Assembly: GCF_000143415.4 (NCBI RefSeq)
Contig: NW_003314375.1
Coordinates: 431,393 to 495,392, forward strand
Length of the DNA stretch: 64,000 nucleotides
Direction of reading: 5' to 3'
Origin: Selaginella moellendorffii
Lineage: Eukaryota; Plantae; Lycopodiophyta
Made by a program: the position numbers and the translations under genes. The notes beneath the pieces are model-generated. The model searched no databases. It was not told the DNA's origin and saw nothing but the letters and a program-made list of their open reading frames with translations. Each line of letters opens with the position of its first letter. The first letter of the stretch is position 1. Shown piece after piece: positions 38,857 to 50,861 of the stretch.

Positions 38857-39959
38857 ATGGATGTGGCACCTGAAGAGCTTCCTGGACTCTATTCTTGGGT
38901 TCGTAGTTGATGCTGATCTGATAGATCAGCTCAGTGCTGAGCGTTTGCAGGTTGATGGGATTCCGTTGTCAAGGCCGAAGAGAAACATCGCTCGGGATTT
39001 CAGTGATGGAGGTACTGTTTGTTGTCATTCCGTGTTGGATTAAAACCATGTTTTCTGCCAGTACTAGCGGCAGAAGTTGTAGCACATTATTGCCCACGGC
39101 TTGTGGATATTCACAACTACAGTGCTGCCAACAGTCTTGCTCAGAAGATTTACAACTGGAACACTCTCAACAGTAAGCAACTTTCTGGTTATGCACATTT
39201 ATTTTGTGTGTGCTGCAGACAAGGGTTTTAGACGTTTAAACTTTTCCTTAACCAAGGAAGATGTCGAGGCAGTGGCAAATGCTGAAAACCAAATGATCGA
39301 AAGAATACTTAAGCTTTTGAAATATAAGGTAAATGTCTTCCGCTCCAAATTCGGTTTAGAAATTGTCATATTCTGGCAGATTGCCAAGTACAGGCCGATT
39401 AAAACAGAGTCAATGAAGCACGAGCATAATGGTCATGGTATGATGGAGAAATGGTCAAATAAGTAATCACACAGAAAAATTGCTTTCGGCAGCTCTAGTC
39501 AAAACTCAAACTAGATTTTGTAGGCCACTACCCCATGAAAAGGTCGCCCCCTAGAATGTTTAGACCGCTGAGCAGGTATGAGATTTTCGTCTTTCTTTTT
39601 ATTGTTATACATGTTTTCTTGCAGAAGTCATGAAAGAGGACTTTCTGGTGTAAGTGTACAGACGACTTTGTACTGGTTCTGTTCTTGATCTGGTTCAGTT
39701 GTACAGAGTCCGAAAAGGACAGATTCTCCAGAGAGACAGGAAAAGGATGGAATGAATGAATCCCAAAAGGATATTCAACTCCGAGAGCTCCGGGAGACAA
39801 TCGAGGTAACTAAGATTGTACAGTAACAGAATGATGAAATACTACAAGCAGTTGTTAGAAGCCAAAGTTATGAAGCTGGAGCAGCTTGTGAGGCTCAAAG
39901 ACCACAAGATTCAAGTGCTGACAGGAAAGCCATCAAGACCTACACGACCCTGGTCTTAG
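38857..39959 (+). CDS. SPEF1: Sperm flagellar protein 1 (SPEF1/CLAMP)-like CH-domain protein, about 9 exons
   Basis: Spliced: MDVAPEELPGLYSW|VDGIPLSRPKRNIARDFSDG|VLAAEVVAHYCPRLVDIHNYSAANSLAQKIYNWNTLN|..IERILKLLKYK; C-terminal coiled coil LRETIE|LLEAKVMKLEQLVRLKDHKIQVL; ~50-nt GT-AG introns; phases of the middle exons not fully verified. Confidence 0.85.
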
Positions 39960-40361
39960 TAGTTTTGTAAGTTGCCATTGTCATATCTACACATAATTTT
40001 TGCTAGTTCATTCCTTGCTGCATTGTAGTTGAGCTTGAATGACTTCACATATAGATGTGCCATATTGTTCCTTTATTGATGCACTCCCAAGGTTTGTTCT
40101 CTCATGGCCTTCAAGTGGGTATTTGTGAATCTGGAGGGGATCCACAAGTATGCCATCTCACTGGACGTGGCGTTTGAAGGCACATGTCAGAGGGATCTCC
40201 GTGCAAGAGAAGCAATGAAAGGAATTGCTTACTGGTAAATTTAAAAAACTCTTAATTCCGACCACCCTTGCTGCCACGCTGCAGTATGGCTTTGCACTAT
40301 ATGAGTGACGTAAGACAGAACTCTGTTGATTGCTGGTATCAGAATCTGCCCAGAGTCCCTA

Positions 40362-43300
40362 TGTTAGGCGCCAACTTTGACCACGTCAAAGGGAGGCTCA
40401 AGGATATATTAAGGCATGTTAGGGTGAGGGATTTAACCTACCTAGGGCTCACAGTGGAGCGGTAGCGCAGTGGAGCTTTTGAGGTAGCTTGGGGGTGGTT
40501 GGGTGATGAGGAACCTCAAGAGCTGGCATAGCATAGTCTAGGGTGACTAGATCTCTGTCTTTTTGTGCTGGATTATAACATTGGTATCGGAGCAGTTGGT
40601 TGCGATAGCCGACCAAGCTAAATGCTAGAATTCTATTGTCGATGGTGGTGCCGACAATGGTGCCAACGAAGCTACGAAAATTTAGACCATTCAAGATGTG
40701 GTTCACAAGCTGCAAGCCCTTAATCAAAATTAGCAAGAGATGCAAGACGAGATGCATGGCATGATAGATACCATGCGTGGGCGTGTTGAGTCACTTGAGG
40801 CTGGACGGGGTAGCGCTCCAAGTAAGCCTTCTTTGGTAAATCGACTCAAGATTCTAACCTTTTCCGGTGATGGTGGTGTGGACGAGTGTCTCACTTGGCT
40901 AACCAATGTGAAGAAGTTTTTGGCTGCCAGGGGAACTCCAGATGCAGAGGTTTTAGTGGCTATTCCAATGGTTTTGCATGATGCAAGTCTTCGATGGTGG
41001 AATTGGCTTGAAGAGTCTTGTGTTGCGGATAAGAAACCACTAGTGTCTACCATGGATGAGTTTGAGGCTGCTTTCTATTTATGTTTTGCCCTTCATTACG
41101 ACGTAGAGAATGCTTATACAGAACTTCAACATTTCTAGCAAGGGAAAATGACACTCGGGGACTATATTGAGAAGCTTACTCGCTTGATTAGTTGTGTTCC
41201 AACGAAGGATCCAGATCAGAACAAGTCCTACTTCATTGATGGCTTACATAGTGAGAGCATGTGGCAACACTTGTGTCATTCTCAGCCTACAAAGAGTTTG
41301 AAGGAGCTCTTTGATACGGCTCGTCGACTTGACAATGACAAGCACAAGTTTCGCAAACGTTCGCGGAGTCCTTCTGTCGAGAATTGTTGTGATGATCGCC
41401 GTGGACACAAGGATGGGAACAAGCATCACAAATTGAAGTCAGTGGTGACTACTTTGGATGCAAAGGGGTCCAAGAAGCAGAAGTTCTTTGTGAAGAATTA
41501 TAGATAGGGTTGTCATCATTGCGGCGAATTTGGACACTGCAAGATTGATTGTCCGCAGTTATTGCATATGAGAGTCGGACTTTGAATTCCATGGAGCAAC
41601 GCTATTCCACATATGAGTAAGAGTTACTCTTTATTGTTCATGCTTTGCGGACGTGGCGGCACTATCTTTATGGTGCAGCGTTCGTGGTGTTGATAGATCA
41701 CAAACCACTTGTGTATCTTTTCACACAGAAGGAGTTGAACACTAGGCAAGCTCGTTGGATGGTTAAACTCATGGAGTTTGAAGAGTTTCCTATTGAGCAT
41801 TATCCAGGAAAATCAAATGTGGTTGCAGATGTTTTATCTCGTGTTTGTCATGTGACGACGTTACAAACACGATTTTGTCATCATTTGAGAAAGGTGGTCA
41901 GCGAGTTTGGGCAGTTGGTTGAGCATGCTCAGGCTCAGGATGTTGAGGTGGCCTCTTTGTGAGACCAGATAAAAACCCCTTCATTGGTGGATGGGATTCT
42001 CTATTACAATGGCCGTGTATATTTGCCATGAGTGGATGCATTAACCTCAAGTATTGTAAATCATGTGAGCTTTGTCAGTGGGTTAAGGTGCCACCGGAGA
42101 AGCTGGGGGGACTTTTGCAACCTTTACTTATTCCTTAGAGTCGTTGGTGTAGTATCTCTATGGACTTCATCACTTGTTTGCCATGAATATAGAGGCAAAA
42201 GGAGCAAGTATGGGTCATAGTGAATCAGTTGACGAAGTATATGCGGTTGTTGGCTCTTTGGAATATTGTCACTGCCTCAGACTTGGCTGCAGTTTACTTG
42301 GAGAAGGTTTTTCCTAATTTTAGTTTGCCGAAGGACATTATTAGTGATCGAGATTCAAAGTTCACCAGTGGATTTTGGAAAAGCTTTGCAAAGGCTATGC
42401 AAGTGACTTTGAAACTCTCGAGTGGAGATCATCCTCAGATGGATGGGTAAACCGAGCATGTGAATCAGGTGGTGGAGGATATGCTATGTTGTAGCATTGG
42501 TCAAAGGCAAGGACAATGGCCGTTGGTGCAATTTGCTTACAGCAATAGCCAACATAGTGGAACCAAGTTAAGTTCTTACTTTGCCATGTTTAGAAGGCAT
42601 CCTCGAACAACGGTGGAGTTGGGATTGCATTTGAGTAAGGACGTTCAAGATAAGCTTGATTCCGAGGTGACTAATCTGGCCACAGAACTTGATGAGATTC
42701 TGATGGTGTGCAAATGGAATTTGCATGCAACTCAGGATAGAGCAGAGAAGTTTGCCAATGAGCATCACCAATTCCGGGAATATAAGGTGGGTGATCTCGT
42801 CTTTGTGCAAATGATTTTTCCGTCAAATGAGTGGTGGAACACCTTGGTGCATTTATGAACAAGGAAGAGTGATAAACTTTCCTATTGATATGCTGGTCCA
42901 TATGAAGTGCTGGAGCATATTGGTAAAGCAGCTTATCGGGTGCGGCTGCTAGTTGGGGTGAAAATTCATCTGGTATTTTATGTCAGCCAGTTGAAAGGTG
43001 TACTATCTCGGAGTGATGGGCCCAATGGCTCCTTGATGTATACGGATGTGGAAGATGGACCAGGAGCTTGAGCAGGGTTCCCCAGAAAGGGTGATCACCA
43101 GTACAACTCGTCCTTGGGACAAGGACTTTGTTGGGGGGGAAGAATTGTTAGGCGCCAACTTTGACCACATGATTAATGTCGGTCAAAGGGAGGCTCAAGG
43201 ATATATTAAGGCATATTAGGGTGAGGGACTTAACCTACCCTAGGGTTTATAGTAGAGCAGTGGCACAGTGGAGCTTTTGATGTAGCTCGGGGGTGGTTGG

Positions 43301-43378
43301 GTGGTGAGGAACCTCAAGAGGTGGCATAGCGTAGTCTAGGGCGACTAGATCTCTGTCTTTTTACACCGGATCATAACA
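40362..43378 (+). mobile_element. Internally deleted Ty3/gypsy LTR retrotransposon (3,017 bp)
   Basis: LTRs 40362-40580 and 43146-43378 (TG..CA); TSD CCCTA; PBS TGGTATCGGAGC; PPT GGGGGGAAGAA; gag with CHHCGEFGHCKIDCP, RNase H tail, integrase core, GPY/F motif; PR and RT absent. Confidence 0.95.
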
Positions 43379-43851
43379 CCCTACAAACTGCAAAATATGT
43401 TAGAAAATGCTTTACAACTGACCTCTTCCAAAATAAGATGTGAAGCTTTGATCTAGCACTATGCAGCACCATTTTCTTACCATAACATGTTCTTCTATAA
43501 TTCAAATGTAATTCAAATGCAATGGATTTGGGCCAAAACTGAAATAAAATGAAGTGCCATCATTCAGTGAAGAAAATATAATTTATAGCCAAAGTACACT
43601 GAAAGAAAATCTGCACATAGTCCCACACAGGGAGGAGAACCTTGCAATAGCCCATAGATTTGTCTGCTTGTTGCTCAGCATCCTGCTGCTTCTCCTCACT
43701 CTCGTTAGCCCTCTCTCCCACCCTAAAAAACACAATTAAAATGTATTTATGATCCCAAATGTCAGACATTTTACATTCAAATATCAGCTGTTAGATCGTA
43801 TAATCTTGGAAGAATATGTGACACCTAGATTAAGGGGCTCTTTCCTTTAAA

Positions 43852-45303
43852 ATAGTAGGGAAGCTAGCTCCACTGGGATAGTTAGATGTTTTATGAATTA
43901 ATAAATCAGAATTTTCATTATCTTATAGAGGGAACAATTTCTTAGAACTCGCTTAGGCTCTCTAATATGGAAGAGTCTTTTGGTTTGCATTTAATCTTTG
44001 GCTCTTTTGCGAGTGCACATTTAGTCCCACTGGTGGTCCTGGACTGATACTGTCGATGCATTTGAGAAAGAGTTGCTTGTGCTTAAGTTTACTATAAAGA
44101 AAAAAGACATAAAAAGGCCCAGTCAGTAGCAATAGGAAAATTTGATTGCTCACAGAAAGCAAGTTTCTTCAAAAGAAAAGTCTTATTCAATGGTGCCTTT
44201 TTTCTGTTACATCATGTGAATTAAAACACATGTCTACTGAGTGCCAATCCCACCAACAGGAAGAGAGTAACTCTAGGCCCACAAAGTTGCCTCAGGAGAC
44301 AGGTAGTTGATTTCGTAATTGTCAAAAAATGAATTCATCCATTTCATCTACTTTGGGAATGATGTGCTACCATTTTTTAACCCTGTTAAGCTTCCATAAC
44401 CAGTATTAGCTTGCTGTGGATAATCATCAAATAAAGTTGATGTATGTTAGGTGAATGGGTATTTATGATTGCATTTTTTGATAAATGAATATATAGTGAA
44501 AGTCGTTTTCTCTTGCAAGTTTCTCATAACTGTGAGACAAATCATATGTAACTATTTTAAGAGCATGCACATAAATAAAGTATATCCACATAATATTTAT
44601 TTTACTTATGCACATACATATGTCGCATGCTCTTCCAGTGCAGTAAACTCCATACCTTTGTTAGCTTGAATCTCCCAGGTTTCTTCAAATGGTGTGTATG
44701 CCTGATTAGAATGTTGTATTCCACCACAACCAGAAAATGAATACACAGTGCCCTGGACAATCTTATCAGACAAAGCCACTGGACAATCATCAGAATTGAC
44801 AATTCTGATCTCTGTTCCTTGGACATCAACGATGTTGAATGACATTATGCATCCAGACCTTTTCATGTTGAAATGTATCAACTTGTTCTTGTTGTGACTC
44901 TTGAGTGGCTTGACCACCTGTAAGAATGGCACCTCTTTTACAGTGGCCCTTTACATGAATGGAACTGTAGTATACTGTTCTTCAAGTTTTTTCTTTGGTA
45001 GTATGTTTCATATCTTTTTTTAAGCCAACGAGGCACCCAATAGCCATGGAAATATTTGAGAACAAGAAAAAGCGAATACTTCAAACACTGATGAGACTTC
45101 ATTTGCCAAAAAAACAATTTTTTTTCATCACATTCTGGTGTTATCACATGATGAAAGCCTTTTGCTGTGATCTATGGCATCTATTTGAAGGTTTTGAATT
45201 TCAACTGTTAGATTATAAGTATATTCACAAATCATATTCTAAATATGGAATAAAAGATACCAGATGCCATATGCCAATAGCACTTTTAAATAAGGGAGTA
45301 TGA
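43852..45303 (-). mobile_element. Putative complete non-autonomous Helitron (~1.45 kb) carrying an RPA70-like exon
   Basis: Minus-strand 5' end A|TCATACTCCCTTATTTAAA at 45303; degenerate 3' end CCCAGTGGAGCTAGCTTCCCTACTAT|T at 43852. Confidence 0.65.
44606..44932 (-). pseudogene. RPA70-like OB-fold (ssDNA-binding) exon
   Basis: GCIMSFNIVDVQGTEIRIV..DKIVQGTVYSFS..IQHSNQAYT..WEI resembles RPA1 DBD-A; plant Helitrons are known to carry RPA70-like genes. Confidence 0.72.
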
Positions 45304-45349
45304 TTAATATATTGTTAAAATGTCTAATATAAATATTTTTAAATTGTTA

Positions 45350-47128
45350 TTTTCTATATTTCCTATTGGATTTATATCATTCTCACAAATTTACACTCAA
45401 TTGTGTACTATTTAGAAACCATTAACTTCTATAATTCTAAATATTTAATTTACCATTGTGATCTAATAGGATATTTTCCTCATGCTTAGATAGCAACTCT
45501 CAAGGATTGAGATAATAAAAATGCTGAGAATCTCTAGAGATAAATCAAAATATTTATGTAACTTATGTGACTTTTGACTTTTCACTGTGTTAGTATTTAA
45601 ACAAAAGGTAAAACTCAAGTGAAGCTGCTAGCAGATTTAAGTAAGTTTATAAGAAAGAAGACTAATAGAAAATATAAATAAGGTTGGTAATTTCTTGAGA
45701 AATTATTTCATGAGGAATTGATAATCTCTTGAGGAATTTAAATTTGTATGTTTATGAGATAGTTTATACCATATCAAATACCATGTCATATATGAGATAT
45801 GAATGCATAGTGTGGTCATAAAGCATTAGTACAGGTGTGTTTTAATATGTCTCTAAAATACTCATTTTCTTTGGATGTACCTCCTTTCAAACACCTGGAA
45901 GACAAATGATATCTTCATTGGCAGTTTTTCTCATAGATTTAATTCTCATAGGAAACAAGGTTCCAAGGTTCTATTTTAAGGTTGCAATGATGCTACTTAC
46001 AAGTAGTAAGACCATTTTATACTCCCAGTCTCTATAGCATTTAGAAGTTTTATTTCTATCAAATTTTTCTTAGTCTTCACAACAATTAGAATCCCCCTTT
46101 TATCTCAAATATTTTGTCCTGGTAGAAAATATCTTATACACTCTTGATCAATTGTTGATGAAACTATATAGAGTTGATGAAGCCTTATTAGGGTTGTATT
46201 AAAAATGTCATGTTCAATTAAAATTGAACTAAGATTAACAGTTTCTTGACATATTTTTTTAATTTCCTGATGGATAGTAAAACTAGAGCATTGATATTAC
46301 TTTATCTTTTCTCATCTCTTATGATTTATTGTTGCAAAGTATTATTTTTACATTGGCACAAAAGAGCCTTAAAGCTTGTTTATCTATTATAAAAGCATTT
46401 TTTAGACAAGAGAAAGATAAAAAAGAAACATCAGTTGCTTACTTAGGTCCTTCATACCAAAACTTTTGGCACAAAATACCAGCCAATAAGGGAAATTTAT
46501 TCTTTCATGTATATAAAATGTATGGAGAATCTGGTGGTTTTCACTCACCATATAACTATAGCTCAAATCTTGCTTTTAAAGTATTGCATATTTAGTCAAT
46601 TCATTCTTCTTTGACTCTTAATGGTAGAGATATTACCTTTTCTTGCCACCTTTTATGTTGTAAGAAACTCTTGTGTATTTTTTAGATTCTCTTGATTTAT
46701 ATTTTCTCAATTCAATTAGAACCATTCTTTATTGCCAGCTTATAAGATTTAATGTAAATGTGGCTGCAATCTGAATAAGTTTACTTATGTATATTTTGAA
46801 ATTCAAAACAAGATACAATTGCTTTTAAAGTTTAACAGAAATCTTGTGGATGTGTTAAGGGTTGTGCAGCTTTTTATAAAGGCATTAAAAACATAATCAA
46901 ACTGTCAAATTTAAATTTATGATGATAAAAAAATTAGCTTGTGTTATCTAACAGTATCTAATTGCATTAATTGCATTATTGTCTATTTTTCTGGAGATTA
47001 TTAACAGAATGTTTTTAGAAAAAATTAACCTTGTATACAATTAAAATTTCTAACATTGCAAACTTACAAAAGAAGATTTATATTTCTTGGGTGTGCTATA
47101 TCTCCTAGTAGAGCTGGGGTCTTGCTAG
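45350..47128 (+). mobile_element. Degenerate Helitron body and 3' terminus
   Basis: Patchy same-strand similarity to 22170-23140; degenerate hairpin CCTAGTAGAGCTGGG and CTAG 47125-47128. Confidence 0.6.
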
Positions 47129-47130
47129 TA

Positions 47131-47360
47131 TCATACTCCCTTTACTAAATCTTCTATTGGCATCTGGCATCTAGGCATCACATATTCCTATTTTGGAATG
47201 TTATTTACAAATATACATTTGAACTAATGGTTAAAATTTAAAAACTTGAAATAGATGGCATAGATCACATGCCTAAAGGGTGGTAACGCTTCAACTTTGT
47301 AATGACACTCCAAATCAAGTGAATTTCAAGTGAATTTTTGTAGGGTGATTGGGTAAATTA
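47131..47360 (+). mobile_element. Helitron 5'-terminal repeat
   Basis: A|TCATACTCCCTTTACTAAAT..., homologous to 6640-6850. Confidence 0.8.
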
Positions 47361-48468
47361 CCGGCTGCAAAGTAGCTCTCTCTCTCTCTCTCTCTCTCTT
47401 CTTGTAGTCTATATACTTTCCACCAGTTTATATTTGAGAATTCAAAGCCCGATTCTTTGCGGATTGCTGATTTTGCATCATATATTTTCCTTGCCAAATG
47501 ATGGTGCTCAGTCTATATCATGACACTTCCACAGTGCAAGATTGCCAAGTAAGTTTGAAGTTTTATCACAATGAATGCTTCTTTTCTAGCATGCAAGGCA
47601 GCATGACTAACTCTCTTGTTCTTGCATTTTCGGGCTGGAGGGTGCATGTCCACTCAAAGCTGATGGTGCTGTAGCTGCAGATGACTATTGAGCGGGAGTT
47701 CCAGGTCCTGGTGAGCACCCTGTATGTGTCCAGAAATCAGTCCCTACTCATAGCCAAGGATCCCAGTGGCGCTATACTCATGGTACTAGACATGACGGAT
47801 CTCTAAGCTGCATAGATACTGGGCACTGATCCACTATGTTTCTGTTTTACAGTGGAAAGTGGGAGGTGGCCAGCCCAAAGGTGATGCTGTTGGGGGTATT
47901 TGACAAGAAGATGACCATGGACGACCTCATTGCCAGGCAGACAAGGATCATAAATACAAGGATGATTGTGTCTTTTAGGGCAGGAGAGAGCAATAGTTGA
48001 TGACAACAGCAGGAAGACAAAATCTTTATCTCTGGATCTGGCACTGTTATGCATGCGTAATGATGCACACTCCAATGCAAGATAAGTGCCATGCATTAGC
48101 AAACGGCTACTATCAAATTGCACATGCTTGAGTGAACAGGAATTGAATTTCTTGAGTGAATAGGACTAAGTGAGTAATTTTCTGCTTTGTCTAATCAAAG
48201 ATGGAGCATCAGTTGCTGATATTAACAGAATGCTTGCAGAACTCCAAGCTTTAATTGGCTGTATTGCTTTAATCTATATCTGTACCAATGCATCCCCTCA
48301 TGATTGATTAATCTGGGAATAGTGTGACTTTATTGTGATGGATTATTCCAGCAAAAATGTGGTTGGTGAATTTTTTTCCTGAATATGCTGAGTATAGAGT
48401 CAATCTGTTTCTAGGTATTTTGAAGGAGAATTAACTGCCTGAGTAAAATTCCCTGTTGGCAATATAGC

Positions 48469-49058
48469 TGTAAGACACAAATCTTTTAAGTCTCAAAGTG
48501 GGGCCAAAAGAGTGCCACATGGTAATGGCTAAAGTAGAAGTCTAATGAGCATAACATATTTGAACTGAAAATTCTGACTTAGAAAGTTGAGAGTGGGAGT
48601 GGAACTCCCAAAGAAGTGCTTGAGGAAGGAGTTCAAAATGATCAATAAGTGAGTCTCTAAAAAGTTTTGGCAAGTGTCATGGCATATCGAAGTGTTAAGA
48701 CCAAGTCTGAGAAGGAGTCCGAGATGGGTCTGAGATCAAGAACGAGACCAAGATTGAGACCGAGATTGGGTTCGAGTCCAAGTCTGAGTTTGAACCCAAA
48801 TTCGAGGGTGAAAGCCCAAAGTGATCATCCCCTAGACTTTGGGGGGTTTGGTGAGTCCCTGTGGGATAGTAGGGAGAGAACTCTAATGGAACTAATTTAG
48901 TCAAGAAAGGTTAGTGTGATTAAGGAAAGTTACACTTATGTGGTGGTTGACGATATAATCACTAAAGAGTCCAAGGCTAGAGTGAACACGGATGGACAAG
49001 TGGGATAGCTTAGTGAAGTGTTCAAGAGCCAACTTTATCTTTACCGAGAGATCAAATG
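48469..49058 (+). mobile_element. LTR family C 5' part, interrupted by the Tcn1-like element
   Basis: TGTAAGACACAAA...GAGATCAAATG, collinear with 12536-13721 but with a much shorter array and G tract. Confidence 0.8.
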
Positions 49059-49517
49059 TGTCAGGAATCCCTCAATTCTTGCCACATTCTTGACTCTCGC
49101 CGGATTCCTGACCTGCAGACCACATTCTTGACTCTCGAGACATTTCCCTATTCCTGAGTCTCGAGACACTTCCCGATTCCTGAGTCTTGAGCCACATTCC
49201 TGATGATGATGTGGCGCCTCCTCGACCTCAACTGTATTTAGGCCGTCCTCGATCCAAGAGTGGTGGAGCTTCATCAACCTATAGTATATATAGGTTAGCC
49301 TTGTTCCATTTCTCCACAATCTGAATCAACACCAGTCTAAGGCCTCTTCTTTGTTTTCACTAGCTTTTTCTCTTTGTCTTTAGCATTTTCCAGTCTTGAT
49401 CTTGTTGGGGGTCTTGACAGTTTGATTCAGATTGTGTTTTTTGCTTTTCTTTTAGCTCGTTTTGATTATTTGATTGCCTTTGTCTTTTTCCCCCTTTTCT
49501 TTTCTTTCTTCTTGCCA

Positions 49518-50487
49518 ATGGAGTCTCCAAGCCATCCTGATTTCTTTGCCGAAGTCCTTGCAAAAATCCAGTCTGAGAATACCGAGCTGAAGGCGACCTT
49601 CTTCGCATGCAGCAGGAGCTTGCTTCACTTTCGGCTCAAGGATCCAGCAAAGTTCCTGAACCGAAGGTGAGTTTCCCGGTGAAATTTTCAGGCAAGCGTT
49701 CGGAGCTTCGTGGATTTTTGAACCAAATGGAGCTGATCTTTGCACTTCAACATCGGCGGTACCCCACTCCCGAGTCTCAAATCGGCGCGATTGGGACGTT
49801 GCTCGAGGGTGCAGCTTTGTCATGGTTTTCTCCTCTTTTGGAGAAGAGCATGAAAGGGGTCGTGGTTCCGGAGCTGATGGATCTTCAATTGTTCAAAGAG
49901 AAGCTCGAAACATGTTTTGGCGAGACGGATCGGGTTCGGGCTGCTACCACAAAGATGAGACGTCTCTCTCAGGGGTCTCGTCCTGCCTCGATCTACGCTG
50001 CAGAGTTCCAACTCCTTGCCTTGGACACTCAGTGGGATGAGCGGGCCGTGATTGGCCAATTTCGTTTTGGCCTCAACAACGGTGTCAAGGATTTGTTGCT
50101 CATCATGGAGGATCCCAAGGACCTGTCGGACGCCATCAACAAAGCTGTTCGATGTGACAATCGTCTCTTTGAACGTCGTCAGGAAAGTCGCCGCGCCGCT
50201 GTTTTTCCGTCCCAGACTTAGGAATCCCAGCTTGAGTCTTCGGGGCATAGTCCTGAACCTACTGCTCCGGTCCCGATGGATATTTTTGGTACTCCCCAAC
50301 TCATTAGAGGGAAGTTGAGTCCTGCTAAGAGGCAACGTCGAATATCTCATAATCTTTGCCTCACTGTGCTGATCCTAATCACAAAGCAGCTGTGTGTCCC
50401 AGGAAGCCTCCCCGATTGCTCGAGTTCACTCTGCCTCAAAGTCCACTTCTGTTGCAGTCGGGAAACGACCCTGTCCAAACAGAGTAG
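49518..50487 (+). pseudogene. gag: Gag (PEG10-like capsid, zinc knuckle) with frameshifts and a stop
   Basis: EPKVSFPVKFSGKRSELRGFLNQMELIF..LLEGAALSWF..PMDI..CL.CADPNHKAAVCP..SGNDPVQTE*. Confidence 0.85.
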
Positions 50488-50544
50488 GAGCTGTCTGTTT
50501 GGACTCCCCAAATAAAAATCACTTTTCTTCCTTATCAAGCTCCT
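50460..50544 (+). promoter_or_regulatory. -1 programmed ribosomal frameshift signal
   Basis: G GGA AAC in gag phase, 6-nt spacer, 11-bp stem GTCCAAACAGA/TCTGTTTGGAC; loop AGGAGCT is complementary to AGCTCCT 50538-50544; the -1 frame carries the protease motif. Confidence 0.85.
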
Positions 50545-50861
50545 CACCACCTTTCATCAAAGCCACCACCAATTCCCGCAACTTCCGCATCCCATGTCTC
50601 CTTTCTTTCACCGGACAATCAGGACTCAAGGCTTTGGCGCTACTGGACTCGGGTGCAACTTCCTGCTTCATGGACACGGACTTTGCTGCCTGACATTATG
50701 TTCCTCTTTCTCCTACCATACAGGATCTGAGGGTTGAAGGCATCGGCGGGCATTTTGTGTCTCCATCTTCTGGACTTAGGGAAACATTGCCCGTTTGAGT
50801 ACACATCGGGTCCACCGTCACCGATATCGCCTTCAACATCATCAACAACAAGTCCTCCTCT

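Noticed and set aside
40334-40343. PBS-like TGGTATCAGA
   Set aside because: It lies upstream of the LTR and outside the TSD, so probably chance
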